Assembly (NCBI RefSeq): GCF_009914755.1
Contig: NC_060941.1
DNA: 64,000 bases
Source of the DNA: the human T2T-CHM13v2.0 reference genome, Homo sapiens
Direction: 5' to 3' (one strand)
The translations under genes were made by a program, and so were the position numbers. Of the stretch, positions 29,148 through 43,516 are shown one piece after another (within the stretch, counting starts at the first letter, position 1; every line of letters starts with the position of its first letter). Under the pieces are notes generated by a model. It saw only the letters and a program-made list of their open reading frames with translations, made no database searches and was not told where the DNA came from.

Positions 29148-29596
29148 TCACAACCTGTGGTATGTTATAATCTCTGTCAGCCAGGCAACAGCAGAAATGC
29201 ATACATAGTTGTCATTGCGTGGGTATGTGCGATCTGCTTGTCATTTCTGATGGCTTATGGGACACTGACACCCTTGATATTTCAGTCCCAAATCTATTTA
29301 AGGACAATTTGGGGAAGAAAAACAAGTCCTGTTTGTTGTCTGGAAAAGCTTTCATTGATACTTTCTAGTAAGATCAAAAAAGCACCACTATCAAAATTTA
29401 AACTGAGTGTCAACAGCTTATAATAAAGTATTGGGAGACAATAGCAGCACTCTCTAAAAAAATGCAGTGTCACCAGTGCTGATAGTGGCATAAAAGATGA
29501 CAGGGTGTGGAAAAACACATTGATGTCTCTGAGTCAAGGAGTGAGTTTGGAGAGCTGGATTCTGTATGGGAAGAAGAAATAGTATCTTTGTTAATT

Positions 29597-29890
29597 AATT
29601 AATTAATTATGAGATGGAGTTTTGCTCTTGTCGCCCAGGCTGGAGTATCTTGGCACAATCTCAGCTCATTGCAACCTCTCTCCCAGGTTCAAGTGATTCT
29701 CCTGCCTCAGCCTCCCAAGTAGATGGGATTACAGTCGCCCACCACCATGCCCGGCTAATTTTTATATTTTTGGTAGAGACATGGTTTCACCATGTTGGCC
29801 AGGCTGATCTCGAACTTGCGACCTAAGGTGATCCACCTGCCTAGGCCCCCCAAAGTATGGGATTACAGACGTGAACCACCAGGCCCGGCC
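29597..29890 (-). mobile_element. Alu (AluS-like) with tail converted to (TAAT)n
   Basis: TSD atctttgttaatt at 29584-29596 and 29891-29903. Confidence 0.92.
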
Positions 29891-32409
29891 ATCTTTGTTA
29901 ATTTATTTTGCTTACATTTTCCTTTTCACATTTGTAAAAGAGTCATATATGCAAAACGTCATGTCCAATGATTCTCAAAATGTTATTTAAATAAACACAA
30001 AATAAAAATTATAACTAATAAAAAAGTAGTATCTCATAGTTTAACTGGAAGCTTTTTTTTCCTTTTTGTTGTGCCAAAAAATAGTGCATCTTATCACAGA
30101 AAGAGTTTTAGATATAATGAACTATGGAACATACAAGGCGGTGTTGCAGTCACTGAATAATGCAGTGATGAGCAAAACAGAACTTTCTGTGCCCTCCCCA
30201 AGCCAGATAAGAAGACATCTATAAACATGCAAACAAATGAAGAAATGAGAGCATTTCAAATAGCAGTAAATGCTATGAAGACAATAACCCAGAATAAGAG
30301 GATAAAGAGAGGTGGGGAGGGCAAGGAGGCTTTAAATCAGCACTGTAGGTAGAATCAGGAGAAGCACAGGGGAGCTGCACATCACACCATAGTAGGTAGG
30401 AGAAGAAATGCATTCAAGGAGCAGGCAGAGGTCAACAGTGACAAATGGTATTAGAAGAGAAAAGAAGGTGAGGTGGGAGGACTGTTCTTAATATCAGCAA
30501 GATGATGTCTTTTAAAAATGGTATTATAGCTGGACTAAAACTAAAACAGGTTATAGGACGAATGGATGACCAAATCTGCTCTTTTTGGGGAGATCTGCTT
30601 TAGGGCCTGAGGGAAACAGTTGGCCTAGAGGGCTGTGGCTGCAGCGCAATATAGAATCACAAGGGTATATTTTGTGGAGCAAGGGAGCAATATTAAGTCT
30701 TGCAAGGCAAGTAAACAAATAATTGCACAAAACAATTTCAGATTATAAACAGTGTTATAAAGGACATAACCAAGATGATATGATGGAAAACAGGAAACAG
30801 AAGCCTACTTTAAGCTTTGGGCTCCAACAGTTATTGAACACCAAGGACATGCCAGGCATTTATTAAGAGCATTCAAATGTCAACTCATTTAATCTTGAGA
30901 CCTACTTTTTGAGATATGTTCAATTAGTTCCATTGTTGCAGATAAAGAAACTAAGGTTCTGAAATAGTGATTTGTCTGTCAAAGATCAATTAGTAAATGG
31001 TAGCCCTGGGATTAGAACCAAATTTGACATTGAAATTAAATGTGTTTCCCTTGCTGTACACCCCTTCCTTCAAGGCTTTCCTGCAAGACAAACCTCAAAG
31101 CAGCTAGCCTTTCACAACCCCTGCCGCAAAATCCCAGCTCATGGTCTCTTTTTAGAGCCCCACTCCTATGAGACCTTTTTCAATTGAACCGATCACCAAG
31201 TTGCACATTATTCATAACATGCTAGCAGAAGCCAAATGTGTAATTATACTGACGCTAGTAGGTACCGATAGGACCTTCTTTTCCCAAACAGCATCTTTAA
31301 GTAGTGGCTTTTAGAGAGACACTGCCAAACTTCAAAAGGCCATTTTCTAATAGTGAAAATTTTAGGCCACCTGGTAGATTGGAAGGATAAATGATCACAA
31401 TAACTAGTTAATATTTATTGAGCTTTATTATATGCCCAGAATCATTCCAAGTGCTATAAATATAATATCTTGTTATTTTTCAAAGCAACCCTATGAATTC
31501 GAAATTATTTTTTACCACCTGACAGCTGATTTGAGCCCAGTTAATCTGATTTGCAGACTAAAGCTAGCATCCCAAAGGAACACACAGGAATTAAATGACA
31601 AACCCCAAATGAGTTGTATGCACCGATGATATTATAAAACTCACAGAAAGCTGGTTGGCTTGGATTTTGAAAATATTGATTCCTTTGGTTTATTTTCCAG
31701 ATAAAACTTTGGTTTTAAGCCTCACAGGAATCCACTGAGATGACAAATTTAACCAACAGATACCCTTTAGTTCCCTCTCTCAATGGAGCTTTTTAATTGT
31801 ACAGATGAGAGAAACCAATGAACCTGTTTTTGTGATTTAAAGATTAATGTCTGGAGAATAATTGTGGTTTAAAATCAATCAACAAACTTCTGGTTGGCAT
31901 TGATGCATAAGGAGCACTGGGCTTGTTGCTTCAGATACTCTCCAAGATCAGCCACAGATCCTTGCTGGTGGGGATGGCAGGGGCTGGCAGTGTGATGCAA
32001 TGGAAAAAGGCTTAAGCTTGGAAATGAGAAAAACCCAAATTCACCTCCATATTCAGAGTGACTTTAGGTAAGTTAGTTAATGAAATGAGAGTAATTATTT
32101 TTTAAAAAATAATTCTGAAGTTTATTGGAGATACCAAAGCACTTTGTACAGTGCTTGGCACAGTAAGAAGTCAACAACTGTTCCCCTCTTCACTCTTCCT
32201 GTGCCTTGTCCTCTCTCATCTTGGGTCTCTGAGTTCAGCCTGAAACCCATAAAGACAGAACAAAACAGCCCTGGGGTTGGGGTGGGGAGAAACCCTCTCG
32301 TGTGAAGCTGATGGAGGGTTATCCTAAGAGCTGGAAAAGAAAGGCTGTTCTTTAATTTCCACAATCAGGAGTTGCAAAGATATAGTATATTAAGAAATAA
32401 CTGGAAATA

Positions 32410-32522
32410 GGCTGGATGTGGCTCAGGCCTATAATCCCAACATTTTGGGAGGCTGTGAGGTTGGAGGATCACTTGAGCTCAGGAGTTCAAGACCAGACTG
32501 GGTAACATAGTAAGAACTCATC

Positions 32523-32559
<37 letters not shown>

Positions 32560-32569
32560 ATATATATAT
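32410..32569 (+). mobile_element. FLAM (Alu left monomer) with (TCTG)n(TC)n(TA)n tail
   Basis: Monomeric Alu. TSD ataactggaaata at 32397-32409 and 32570-32582. Confidence 0.87.
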
Positions 32570-33193
32570 ATAACTGGAAATACAGTGAACATATATTATG
32601 TACATGTGGTTTTCAAAAACAATGGGCAAGAAATTGTGCAAAAGAAGGTCCATTTTAAGGAGAAATAATATGTCTTTAAATGCACAGGGATTTGATTGTG
32701 TTCAGGAAAGCGTGAACTTCAATCTAGTTTCATCCCTAAACAGTATTAAGGCTTTTGACATCGACAATTTCTGGACTGGACAGTGTCCATAGAGAAGAAA
32801 AAGCAAGGAGAGAGGTAAAGAAGAACATAGAGAAATCCAGAACTGACTGAAATGAAAGTTGAGGATAACTTCAAGATTTTCTGTTTGGGAATTTATGGTA
32901 CCTTTAGCCCATCCAGGGACCTTTAAAATTCTTGATGACCTTGAGGCATCCAAGACTAGTTAAATCAGAATCTCTGAGGTGGGACCCAGATATCATTAGT
33001 CTTTACAGCAACCCAGAAATTTCTATGCATATGGTTGAGAATGACTGCTATGGTCAAAACAAGTAAGTAAGGTAGGATATTGAGATAATGGAGAAAGAGG
33101 ATGAGTATAATTCTAGACATACTGAGTTCAAGTTTCAACAAGGCATCCAGGAGGGAATTAAGGGCTGGACCTCAGGAAGGACACAGCAACTTA

Positions 33194-33559
<366 letters not shown>

Positions 33560-34182
33560 TCAGGACACCAAGTCCTACAAATGGGTCCTTTTTCTTTGTG
33601 GGGCCTATATCTAGGAGGCAGGGAACAGATTTCTAAACAAATCAGTGATATAATATGTTGTGGACTATAAGACAGAAATCTGTACCTGGGACAGAAAAGA
33701 AGAGTTAAATTCTTCTGGGAGTTGTCAGAAAAGACTTCATAAAGAAGGGACAAGGAGAAGGTGGGATGAGAGAAATGCAGAAAGAGAAAAAGGCGAACCT
33801 CGGAAGTGTGGGAAGACTTACTTAGGTCTAGCAGAATGGAAAGAAAATAAAATCAAATGAAGATCATTGAGAATTAGCAGTCAGAGAGAGAGAGAGAGAA
33901 AAAAAAAAAAGTAGGATAGAGAAGTGTCCTGAAAGATAAGGCTGGCTAACAAGGAAGGGCCATCACATGGGTGGTGCAGAGGGTCAAAGAGGATGAGGAT
34001 GACTATTAAAGCTGAAGATCACATAGCTATGAAAGTTAGTTTTTATAGTGGGAGAGTTGGGGGAGAGAGTAGGTAGTGTTTGGAACTAGACCCACGGAAA
34101 AAGAGAAGGATAATGAGAAGGCTAGTGGATACACTATGGGGAGGGTTATAGGGAGCACATTTAAATATTAAAACAAGGAACA

Positions 34183-34520
34183 AGCCCGGCGTGGTGGCTC
34201 ACACCTGTAATCCCAGCACTTTGGGAGGCTGAGGCGGGTGGATCACGTGAGGTCAGGAGTTCGAGACCAAACTGACCAACATGGAGAAACACCGTCTCTA
34301 CTAAAAATACAAAATTAGCCAAACGTGGTGGCACATGCCTGTAATCCCAGCTACTAGGGAGGCTGAGGCAGGAGAATCGCTTGAACCTGGAGGCAAAGGT
34401 TGTGGTGAGCTGAGATTGTGCCATTGCACTCCAGCCTGGGCAAGAAGAGTGAAACCCCATCTCAAAAAAAAAAAACAAAAAAAACAAAAAAAAAAACACA
34501 AACACACAACACACAAAAAA
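34183..34520 (+). mobile_element. Alu (AluSp-like)
   Basis: ctgaccaacatggagaaac diagnostic; A/C-rich tail. Confidence 0.88.
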
Positions 34521-34810
34521 ACAATCAAATGAGAAGGCAAAAATCTCTTAGCTGCATGAATCATGATGGTGGGTTATCTTTGTTTTCTATACAGGTGTAC
34601 TTGCCAAGTTCGGTCACTTCTTTCTACAGACACTGCCCCCTAGAACCCACTTCTTTCAAAATGTGAACTAGTGAAGGGCACCACCTACCATCTAGAGCTC
34701 TATCCAAGAGGGATGACATAGCACAGCCATTCAAGTCACAGGTTCTGGAATTAGACAGTCCTTCCCTAGCAATGTGACTATGTGAAAAATTATTGACTTA
34801 TTTCCCCCCC

Positions 34811-35101
34811 CTTTTTTTCTTGAGATGGAGTCACTCTGTTGCCCAGGCTGGAGAGCAGTGGCGTGACCTCGTCTCACTGCAGTCTCCGCCTCTCGGGTTC
34901 AAGCGATTCTAATGCCTCAGCCTCCCGTGTAGCTGGAATTACAGTCACCTGCCACCATGCCCAGCTAATTTTTGTATTTTTAGTAAAGACAGGGTTTCAC
35001 CATGTTGGCCAGGCTGGTCTTGAACTCCTGACGTCAGGTGATATGCCTGCCTCGGCCTCCCAAAGTGCTAGGATTACAGGTGTGAGCCACCGCGCCCAGC
35101 C
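34811..35101 (-). mobile_element. Alu (AluS-like) inserted in a MIR
   Basis: Full reverse Alu; MIR text on both sides (ttaaatgagataacgcatgtaa). Confidence 0.9.
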
Positions 35102-37299
35102 ATTACTTTGGTTTTTCTAACATGAAAAATAAAGTAATAGCGGTACTGGTCTCATAACGTTATTATGTGATTAAATGAGATAACGCATGTAATATGTTTA
35201 GAACATATCTGGCATATAGTTCTAGCACAAAAAATATTCGCTATTGAACAAGAACAGAAAAAAAGCAGGACCTTGTGCCAGCAAAGTATATGACTTCCCC
35301 TATTCCTGTATTCTTCAAGAGGTCTTGCACTGAATCAAGCAGATCCTTTAAAAAAGCAAGACATCAGACTCAATAAACAGATTCACCTAGTGACAATAAT
35401 ATAGGCTTTGGAACCAGGCAGCCATGAGTCAAACTTTAGTGAAGCCATTTATAAACTTGATCTTTCTGAATCTCAGATTATATATTTGTAAAAATGAGGT
35501 TAATACTACCCACCTCTCAGGATTGTGAAGATTAAGATAGATTTCTAGTTGCAGACACTTAGCACATTTTACATAAATAAATGTTGACTAAGTGTTCTTG
35601 GAATTGAAATTGTGGTAAGATTTTACTCCTGGTGTCATTTTACCCCTGTGGGATTCTGCTCCTTCTCTGACCTCAACTTAGCTGTGAATTCTATTGTCCC
35701 CGCTGCTAGACTTTACTAACATTAACCACGTTGATTTTCATGCCTGGAGAGAAGAGGGATCATGCAGAACGGAACAGAGTACAGGAAGAGAAGGCTGCAA
35801 CAACCACCACAACACCCTGGAGGGCACAGGGAGAGAGAAAAACTTCTGCCAGGCATTGCTGAGCTAGAACACAGGTAGCACTCATCAACCTTGGTTCTGT
35901 TCACCCAAGCATCAAGTCCAGAAGACACTCCTTGCTACTGTTTCTCCTCTTTCTCGGTGCCTCAGTCCTGTCATGTAAGGAAATCAGACATAGGAGAAAA
36001 AAACAAAAAAAAAAAAAGAAGAAGAAGAAGACGAAAAGAAAAACCTCCCACATAGAAGTATGTTAAAAATCTATCTCTCTGGATGCTCGGTTCCTTTCTC
36101 GTTCTCATTAACTGATAGAAGGCCACTGACACCAACATTGGCCTAAGCTAAAATTGGTTTTCTTTTTCAGAGATTGTAGGTTGATTCTAGGTTGCAGAAA
36201 AGGCAAAATATTTTGCTAGAGGCATGGAATACAGATTAGGTTGGTGATGTCACAAAAGAGGTTTTCAACAGTGTCAGCAGAGGCTATAGTGATGAGTAAG
36301 GAAGTTGATAAACGGCAACATCTGAAATAGCTACTCGCCCTGAATAGGCAGGTGGAGAATATTAGTTACACGTGGGACAAATCCCATTATGAGACATATC
36401 ATCACAACAAGAATATTTCATTCTAGATTTTAGAATCCCAGGTTTTGGCTCACTTTGGTCAAGAAAAATTATAAATAATTGAGTTAGAGATAATTAAATG
36501 TTAGCCTCCTGGAGTGCATGGCAATTGGTTTTGACCTCTATATTAAAATTCACAAGACCACGGACATAAGTCAAAACAGGTCCCCTTCGTCTCCCTAGTC
36601 ACCATCTCCAGGGCTAAAAAACAGACTTGAAATGGGTGGCAGTTAGACTACAGGAAACAGGATCTACAAGCACCAGGAGCTCATCTATGGCTATCTGACA
36701 TCGCCTGGGGACACCTCACTCTCTGGCAGGCTCCTGCTGGCTGGAGATTGTTAACATCGCCAATCAGATGTTAATTGAATGCAAAGGAATAGGAAATAAA
36801 TTCTGGTTCTGAAGGGGCAGCTGGAAAGGTGTTGGGCTTCTCAGATTCCAACCTACATTACAAAGCAGGCCTAAAGCCAAGCATACTCCTTGCCAGAAGA
36901 AACGGAAAGCCCCTCTCCCGTTTTTAGAATCAGGCTGGAAAACACGGCTCCCAGAAGGTGGGGTTAGAAAACAAGAGCTTGCGAGGCGGCGCCCTGTGGT
37001 CCCTCGAGGAAATAGTAGAGAGACAAAGAGGGCCTGCTCCTGGGAAGCCCTAAATTCGAAGCCAATCCTTCCTCCTAGACATGACCACAACTTTAAAGGG
37101 CAGGGCGCACACCTCCCCTCCCGGATCTCTAGGACAAAGGCAGGTCGAGGGTAAATATTTCTAGTTATTCAGTATATTCAGTGGCTAACTATTTATTTTG
37201 TGGGTACCAGACACCGACATAATCGGTTACGTCCTTCCCTTAATTCTCATAATTCTGAGGTTTGTGTTATTAACCCCCTATTATCTTTGGTCTACCCAG

Positions 37300-38110
37300 G
37301 GCAGCCAAAGAGGCGCAGAGAAGAATGACAAGGTGCCCAGCAAGCGGCAGGATCAAAGCCTGGGTCTCTAATTCCCAGGCTGGAGATTCTGGGCTGCCTG
37401 CTCCTCCTGCACGGGGCGAAAAGCCCACCTGGGATCCGAGCGGGCGGCCGCGCCACTCTCGCAGGCTCCATACACCCGCCACTACCCGCCTGTACCACCT
37501 GCAGCCGGCAGCGCAGCCTCCTCGCGGGTCCCGCAGGGCGCGCTGCAGGTGCGCTGGGCGTCCCGAAGCCCCGCCCTCGCGTCCCTGCCCCGCGCCCAGC
37601 TCCTCACGCTCGGTGCCCGCGCCCCGCAGCGGCAGCGCAGAACGCACCGCCTCTGCCAGAGCCCGGGAAGCGCTCGGGCGAAGAGGAGGAGCCAAGGGTA
37701 CCGAGCGGGTGGAGTCGGGAGCCGGAGAGCGGTGGAGGCGGATTTCCTGGGCCCGGCCCTCTGGCGCTACCATGGCGTTTGGCAAGAGTCACCGGGATCC
37801 CTACGCGACCTCCGTGGGCCACCTCATAGGTAAGGAGGCGCGGGGAGAGACGCCCAGGCAGGCAGGGGACCGTGGGATCCTTTCCTGCTTGATCCATTCT
37901 CGGCCTGCAGAGGACGGAGTTAGTCCAACTTGAAAAAATTATTCCCCTCCCCCCGCAACTTTCCCAAGGCACCCGCATTCCACCCGGCCCCCTTTCGTCG
38001 TTTCCTTCTTGGCCAACTCACTGTAGAACCTCAGTCCTCAAAAATGTACCTTCCTTTCGATGCCGCCTGGGGAGTGGAACCAAACAGGTGAACCGCGGGA
38101 GTCAGGCATG
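37300..38110 (+). promoter_or_regulatory. TOM1L1: CpG-island promoter, 5' UTR and start of intron 1 of TOM1L1
   Basis: Abrupt rise in GC and CpG density around exon 1. GC box GCCCCGCCCT at 37568-37577. Upstream CCAAT motifs at 36760 (CCAATCAG) and 37062. No TATA box evident. Exact TSS cannot be read from sequence. Confidence 0.9.
37772..37829 (+). CDS. TOM1L1: TOM1L1 coding exon 1 (MAFGKSHRDPYATSVGHLI + first base of E20)
   Basis: ATG at 37772 in strong Kozak context (ACCATGG). The peptide matches the TOM1L1 N-terminus as I recall it. Donor AG|GTAAGG at 37830. 58 nt, phase 1. Confidence 0.97.
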
Positions 38111-39180
38111 GAGTGTTTGGGCCTCCACGAGGAGACACCAGAAACTTCTCGGTAGGGGAAGTTATTCCTAAAGGCACATTCTCCAGGGCACGGTATTGTT
38201 ATGCCCGTTTTACAGATCAGAAGAGGAGGCTCTGGGAGACTAAGTGATGTGGCCTTACTGTGAGGGGCAGGTCTCCCCAAACCAGTTTTCTCTAGTGCCA
38301 AGCTTATACAACCTGGATTACTTTTCTGGGTAAACAAAGAGAATGAAAATGCTTGGCATTGGAGTGAAGAGGAGGGGAACATAGGAGCCATCTGGGGCCA
38401 CGGAGGTCTCTCGCAGGCCACTAGGGACTACACCAGCATCCACCTAAATGATTTCTCTCTCCTCCGGATGTACCTTGCATGATGTATGTAGAAGCCAGTG
38501 ATTGGACTCCTACCAGCACCAGCTCACTGCTCCTTCTTTTCCCTGATTCCTCCCTTGGGAATTGGGTGTGGCACGAGTGCATATTAATGCCAGGCAAAGT
38601 GTGATGATGTCAGGAACTTAGTGGGGTGATGAAATCGTGAGAACCTAGTAGTTGTAGTAAAGAGGCCCAGATTTGGAAAATTTAGATCACAGCTCTACTA
38701 ACTGCTGTGACACCGAACACACCACTTAAACAGAACCTTAGTTTACACATCCTTATAAGATGGTCAGAGTAGCTACCATTGAGGAGATGCTTTCCCTTAA
38801 TGGCTGTGCTTTTTTGGATATTAGAATGAACCCCAAGCAGAAATGGATTCAGACTGTGTCTTCATAGGCAAACGAAACTTCAGCAGTTCTTCTGCTTAAT
38901 TTTTTAATTCTGTAAACATGGACTAACTGTCAGCTATGTGCCTGGACCTGGATCAGGCACTGGTGAGGCCAAGGTGAGACGTGGTCTCAAACCTGAGGGA
39001 ACTCACTTTCTTGTAGAGAAGACGGGCACAGTTTTGTGTGGCACCTTTGCAATGCAAGAAAATGCAAAACACACAAAACTTAGGAGAAGGGAGAAATGAA
39101 TTCTGCGTGGCTTTTGAAGGGTGAATAGGAGTTTTCTTTTCTAGGGAGGTAAGCTTTGTCCATTCGGTGCCAGATTCAAG

Positions 39181-39497
39181 TTTTTTGTTGTTGTTGTTTT
39201 GTTTTTGTTTTTGTTTTTGTTTTGAGACGGGGAGTGACACCCAGGCTGGAGTGCAGTAGCTCTCGGCACACTGCAACCTCCGCCTACCGGGTTCAAGCAC
39301 TTCTCCTTCCTCAGCCTCCCGAGTAGCTGGGACTACAGGCACATGCCACCACGCCAGGCTAATTTTTGTATTTTTAGTAGAGATGGAGTTTCACCATGCT
39401 GGCCAGGCTGGTCTCGACCTCCTGACCTCAGGTGATCTACCCACCTCGGCCTCCCAAAGTGATTGGGATTACAGGCGGGAGCCACCGGGCCCCGCCT
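39181..39497 (-). mobile_element. Alu (AluS-like), antisense, TOM1L1 intron 1
   Basis: Reverse Alu with (TTG)/(TTTTTG) tail. Confidence 0.92.
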
Positions 39498-40613
39498 CAA
39501 GTGGTTCTTTTCCTGGATTGAAAGCAAGCTAAACTTTGGGGTTCCCCCAAGCAAGTCCTTATTCTTCCCCTTCTCTATCTTTTTTGTTTTTTTCTCCATT
39601 TCCCCCAGAACCCGGTGTTTTCATGCTTAGGGATCTTGTCCTTCTCTTAGGAAGATGTTAGCGCATTCATACTGAGTGTTCCATTACCCTTTCCAGATAA
39701 CATCTTGTATTCTTAAAGCGGCTGTCTGGAGAGGGAAAGATGCCTGATTATCTAATCATAGGGTTCCAAGTGCAGAAGCATTCTGGTCAGCCTGGTGCAG
39801 CTGTGGTTAGTTTAGATGCTTATTATTATTAGTTCGGATAGTTATCCAGCGCCAGTTTGAAATAATTAAGGCTGAAAGTAAAAGTGTATGCAATGGAAGT
39901 TTTTACATAGTTGAGGTAAGCAGTGTCTTTGCAAGTATTGGTTGAAGTTATAATAATTGGTAAAATTAGAAGGAATCGTGAGATTAAGATGATAGGACAA
40001 TAAACGTATTACTTTTATTTGGAGTTGTGCCAATGTTTTGGCTCCTAAGAACAACGGATTACTTCTCTCCTTTAAAAGTTCTTTCCTCCTGTCCCCCCAG
40101 AGAATAAATTATTTTTAAAAACAAACAGTGGGACCAAACAACCTAGATTTGAATGCCAATTCTACTTCATACTGACTGTATAACTTTGGTAATTTCCTAA
40201 CCTCTCTGAACTTCTATCTCATCATCTCTCACAGTGGGTTAAATGAAATTGCGTATGATAAAATACTTAGCACTATGCAGTTCACCTTCTAGGTAGCTGC
40301 TCACTAAGCCCTAGTTCCCTTCTCTGAAAGCCAGGCAGGCGGAGATTTAGCTGGCCTGGCCTGGGCCTGTGGCCAGCTGTTGTGCTTGAGGTCTTTATTA
40401 ATAGGTCACTCATTACTGTTGCTGCAGCAGCACTCTGAACTTGGGTTCTGATTGATTCCTGAATTACTGAGAACTGTTCCAAAAAAAATCACTTTGCCCT
40501 TTGGCAATGTAAACTTAATGACACTTGCTGGTGCAGCCTAGGCAGATTATTTCAGGAATACCAGACATTTTTTATTCTGTTGTAGCTCAGACTCAACAGC
40601 TTTTTCTTGGCAG

Positions 40614-40698
40614 AAAAGGCTACATTTGCTGGAGTTCAGACTGAAGATTGGGGCCAGTTCATGCACATCTGTGACATAATTAACACTACCCAGGATGG
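40614..40698 (+). CDS. TOM1L1: TOM1L1 exon 2, VHS domain (EKATFAGVQTEDWGQFMHICDIINTTQDG)
   Basis: Acceptor tttttcttggcag|, donor |GTGAGT, 85 nt. Continues the exon 1 frame with the VHS-type EDW..ICD.IN motif. Confidence 0.96.
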
Positions 40699-40991
40699 GT
40701 GAGTACAGCATGGTTTCCATGTATTTGCCTCTGACAAGAAGCATCAGAACTACAGCACGTTTTCTCTTGCAAATATTTCGGTTTTGTTGTTGAAAGAGTG
40801 TTTTCATCATTCATTAGGCACCCTCTATCTTTTGAAGACTTGTCAGGTTGAAATATTGGGGCAGCTGCTTGCTTCAACATGTGGAGTATCCATAAATCCA
40901 CTATAATTTTTCTCCTCTTGGCAGTTTCTTTAATAGTTTCAAATTTTGTCACTGTGAAGCTCAAATTCCTTCCTTCTAAAAGATTGAAAAA

Positions 40992-41497
<506 letters not shown>

Positions 41498-42393
41498 TCA
41501 ACTCACCCATGTTTAAGCTGTATTCTTATAGCATGTGCTATCGTTTGTTCTTAAACTTCTTAAACTTTCGAGAATCGAAGTTATAAGAAAAAAGTCATTA
41601 AGAAGAGCAAACTGGTTTGCTTGTAGTCAATTACAAGTTATTCTAAGGAACACAATTCTGGTAATTTTCCTGGGCATATTAAAGTGATAACTGGCAGTAA
41701 AAGAGATTTAGTCTAGCTTATGTTGATAAAGAAAACATCAAACTTAATTATTGATTATAAATAAATGGAAAGCGCTTATGGTTAGTACTTTTAAGTGTGT
41801 ATGGTTTTTTTCCTATAATCCTATTTACCATGTTTAGTTCCTCTGGGAACATTTTCATTGATAATACCAATTCATTGATAATACAAAAAGAGAATCTTAA
41901 AGTAAATTTGGACCCTTATAAACAGTCCTTTCTTTGTAACATAAAATTGTGGCGTATTGGCAGCTGACCTAGTTTGTTGTAATTCCTGTTACATCCCCTT
42001 GTCTATAGGGTGCTCAGGAAATACTAATAGTTTTAATAAAAATGGTAACATTCATTGTTTCGGAAGTTGCATTTCCTATAAGTTGGTTCTGTGCATTGAT
42101 AGAGGGATACAGGAATGAGTGCATTTCATGGGTAGTACTTTCTAGGTAATAGTCTTGTACGAAAATATTTTATTTGATTCTCATAAGGGGTTAGGTGGTA
42201 TTGTCTGCCTGTATGCGTGAAGAAATTTAGGTTCAAGAAGTTAAGTCATTCGCATAGGGTCCCACAGTAGAACCAAGGCCTTAGTTTTCTGCTCCTTAGC
42301 CATTCCTCTCTCCAAATGCATGTTGCTTTTCAGAGAGACTGCTTGTTTTCAGCAATGCCTAAATTGGTGATTTCAGTGTATTTATTGCTATAG

Positions 42394-42472
42394 GCCAAAA
42401 GATGCAGTGAAAGCTTTGAAGAAAAGGATTTCCAAAAACTACAATCATAAAGAAATCCAACTTACCTTGTCA
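42394..42472 (+). CDS. TOM1L1: TOM1L1 exon 3, VHS domain (PKDAVKALKKRISKNYNHKEIQLTLS)
   Basis: Acceptor ttgctatag|, donor |GTAAGT, 79 nt. Cumulative 222 nt = 74 codons. VHS motif GPKDAVKALKKRI. Confidence 0.96.
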
Positions 42473-42792
42473 GTAAGTACTTTAATTTTATAATTAAGAC
42501 TCGAGGATTTCTCAAGCTATAGTTACATTTTTAATCCTGGGTAAAAAATAAGAAGCAAGTATTCTGAGAAAACTAATAGGTTAGCTAGGAGTTGTGTACA
42601 GTATGACTTAAAACTCTTCATTTATGAGAATTGCAGAATAAAGAAAGTTTAGTTGTTTATAATAGCATTTAATAGCATTTAATTTCATGGAAGGAGCTTG
42701 TTCCTGAAAAATCAATTTTTCTTGGTCAGGAGATAGGAATTAGTGGTTAACATGTATTACACATGGTGAACTGATCAAGAAGTTTGTGTAGT

Positions 42793-43516
<724 letters not shown>

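Noticed and set aside
36985-37000. Possible CTCF site gcggcgccctgtgg upstream of the promoter
   Set aside because: Only about 10 of 14 positions match the core by eye; cannot be supported without PWM or ChIP data.
37270-37978. Antisense ORFs of 171 and 124 aa over the promoter
   Set aside because: Low-complexity Arg/Gly/Ala/Pro ORFs expected in GC-rich CpG islands; no recognisable domain.
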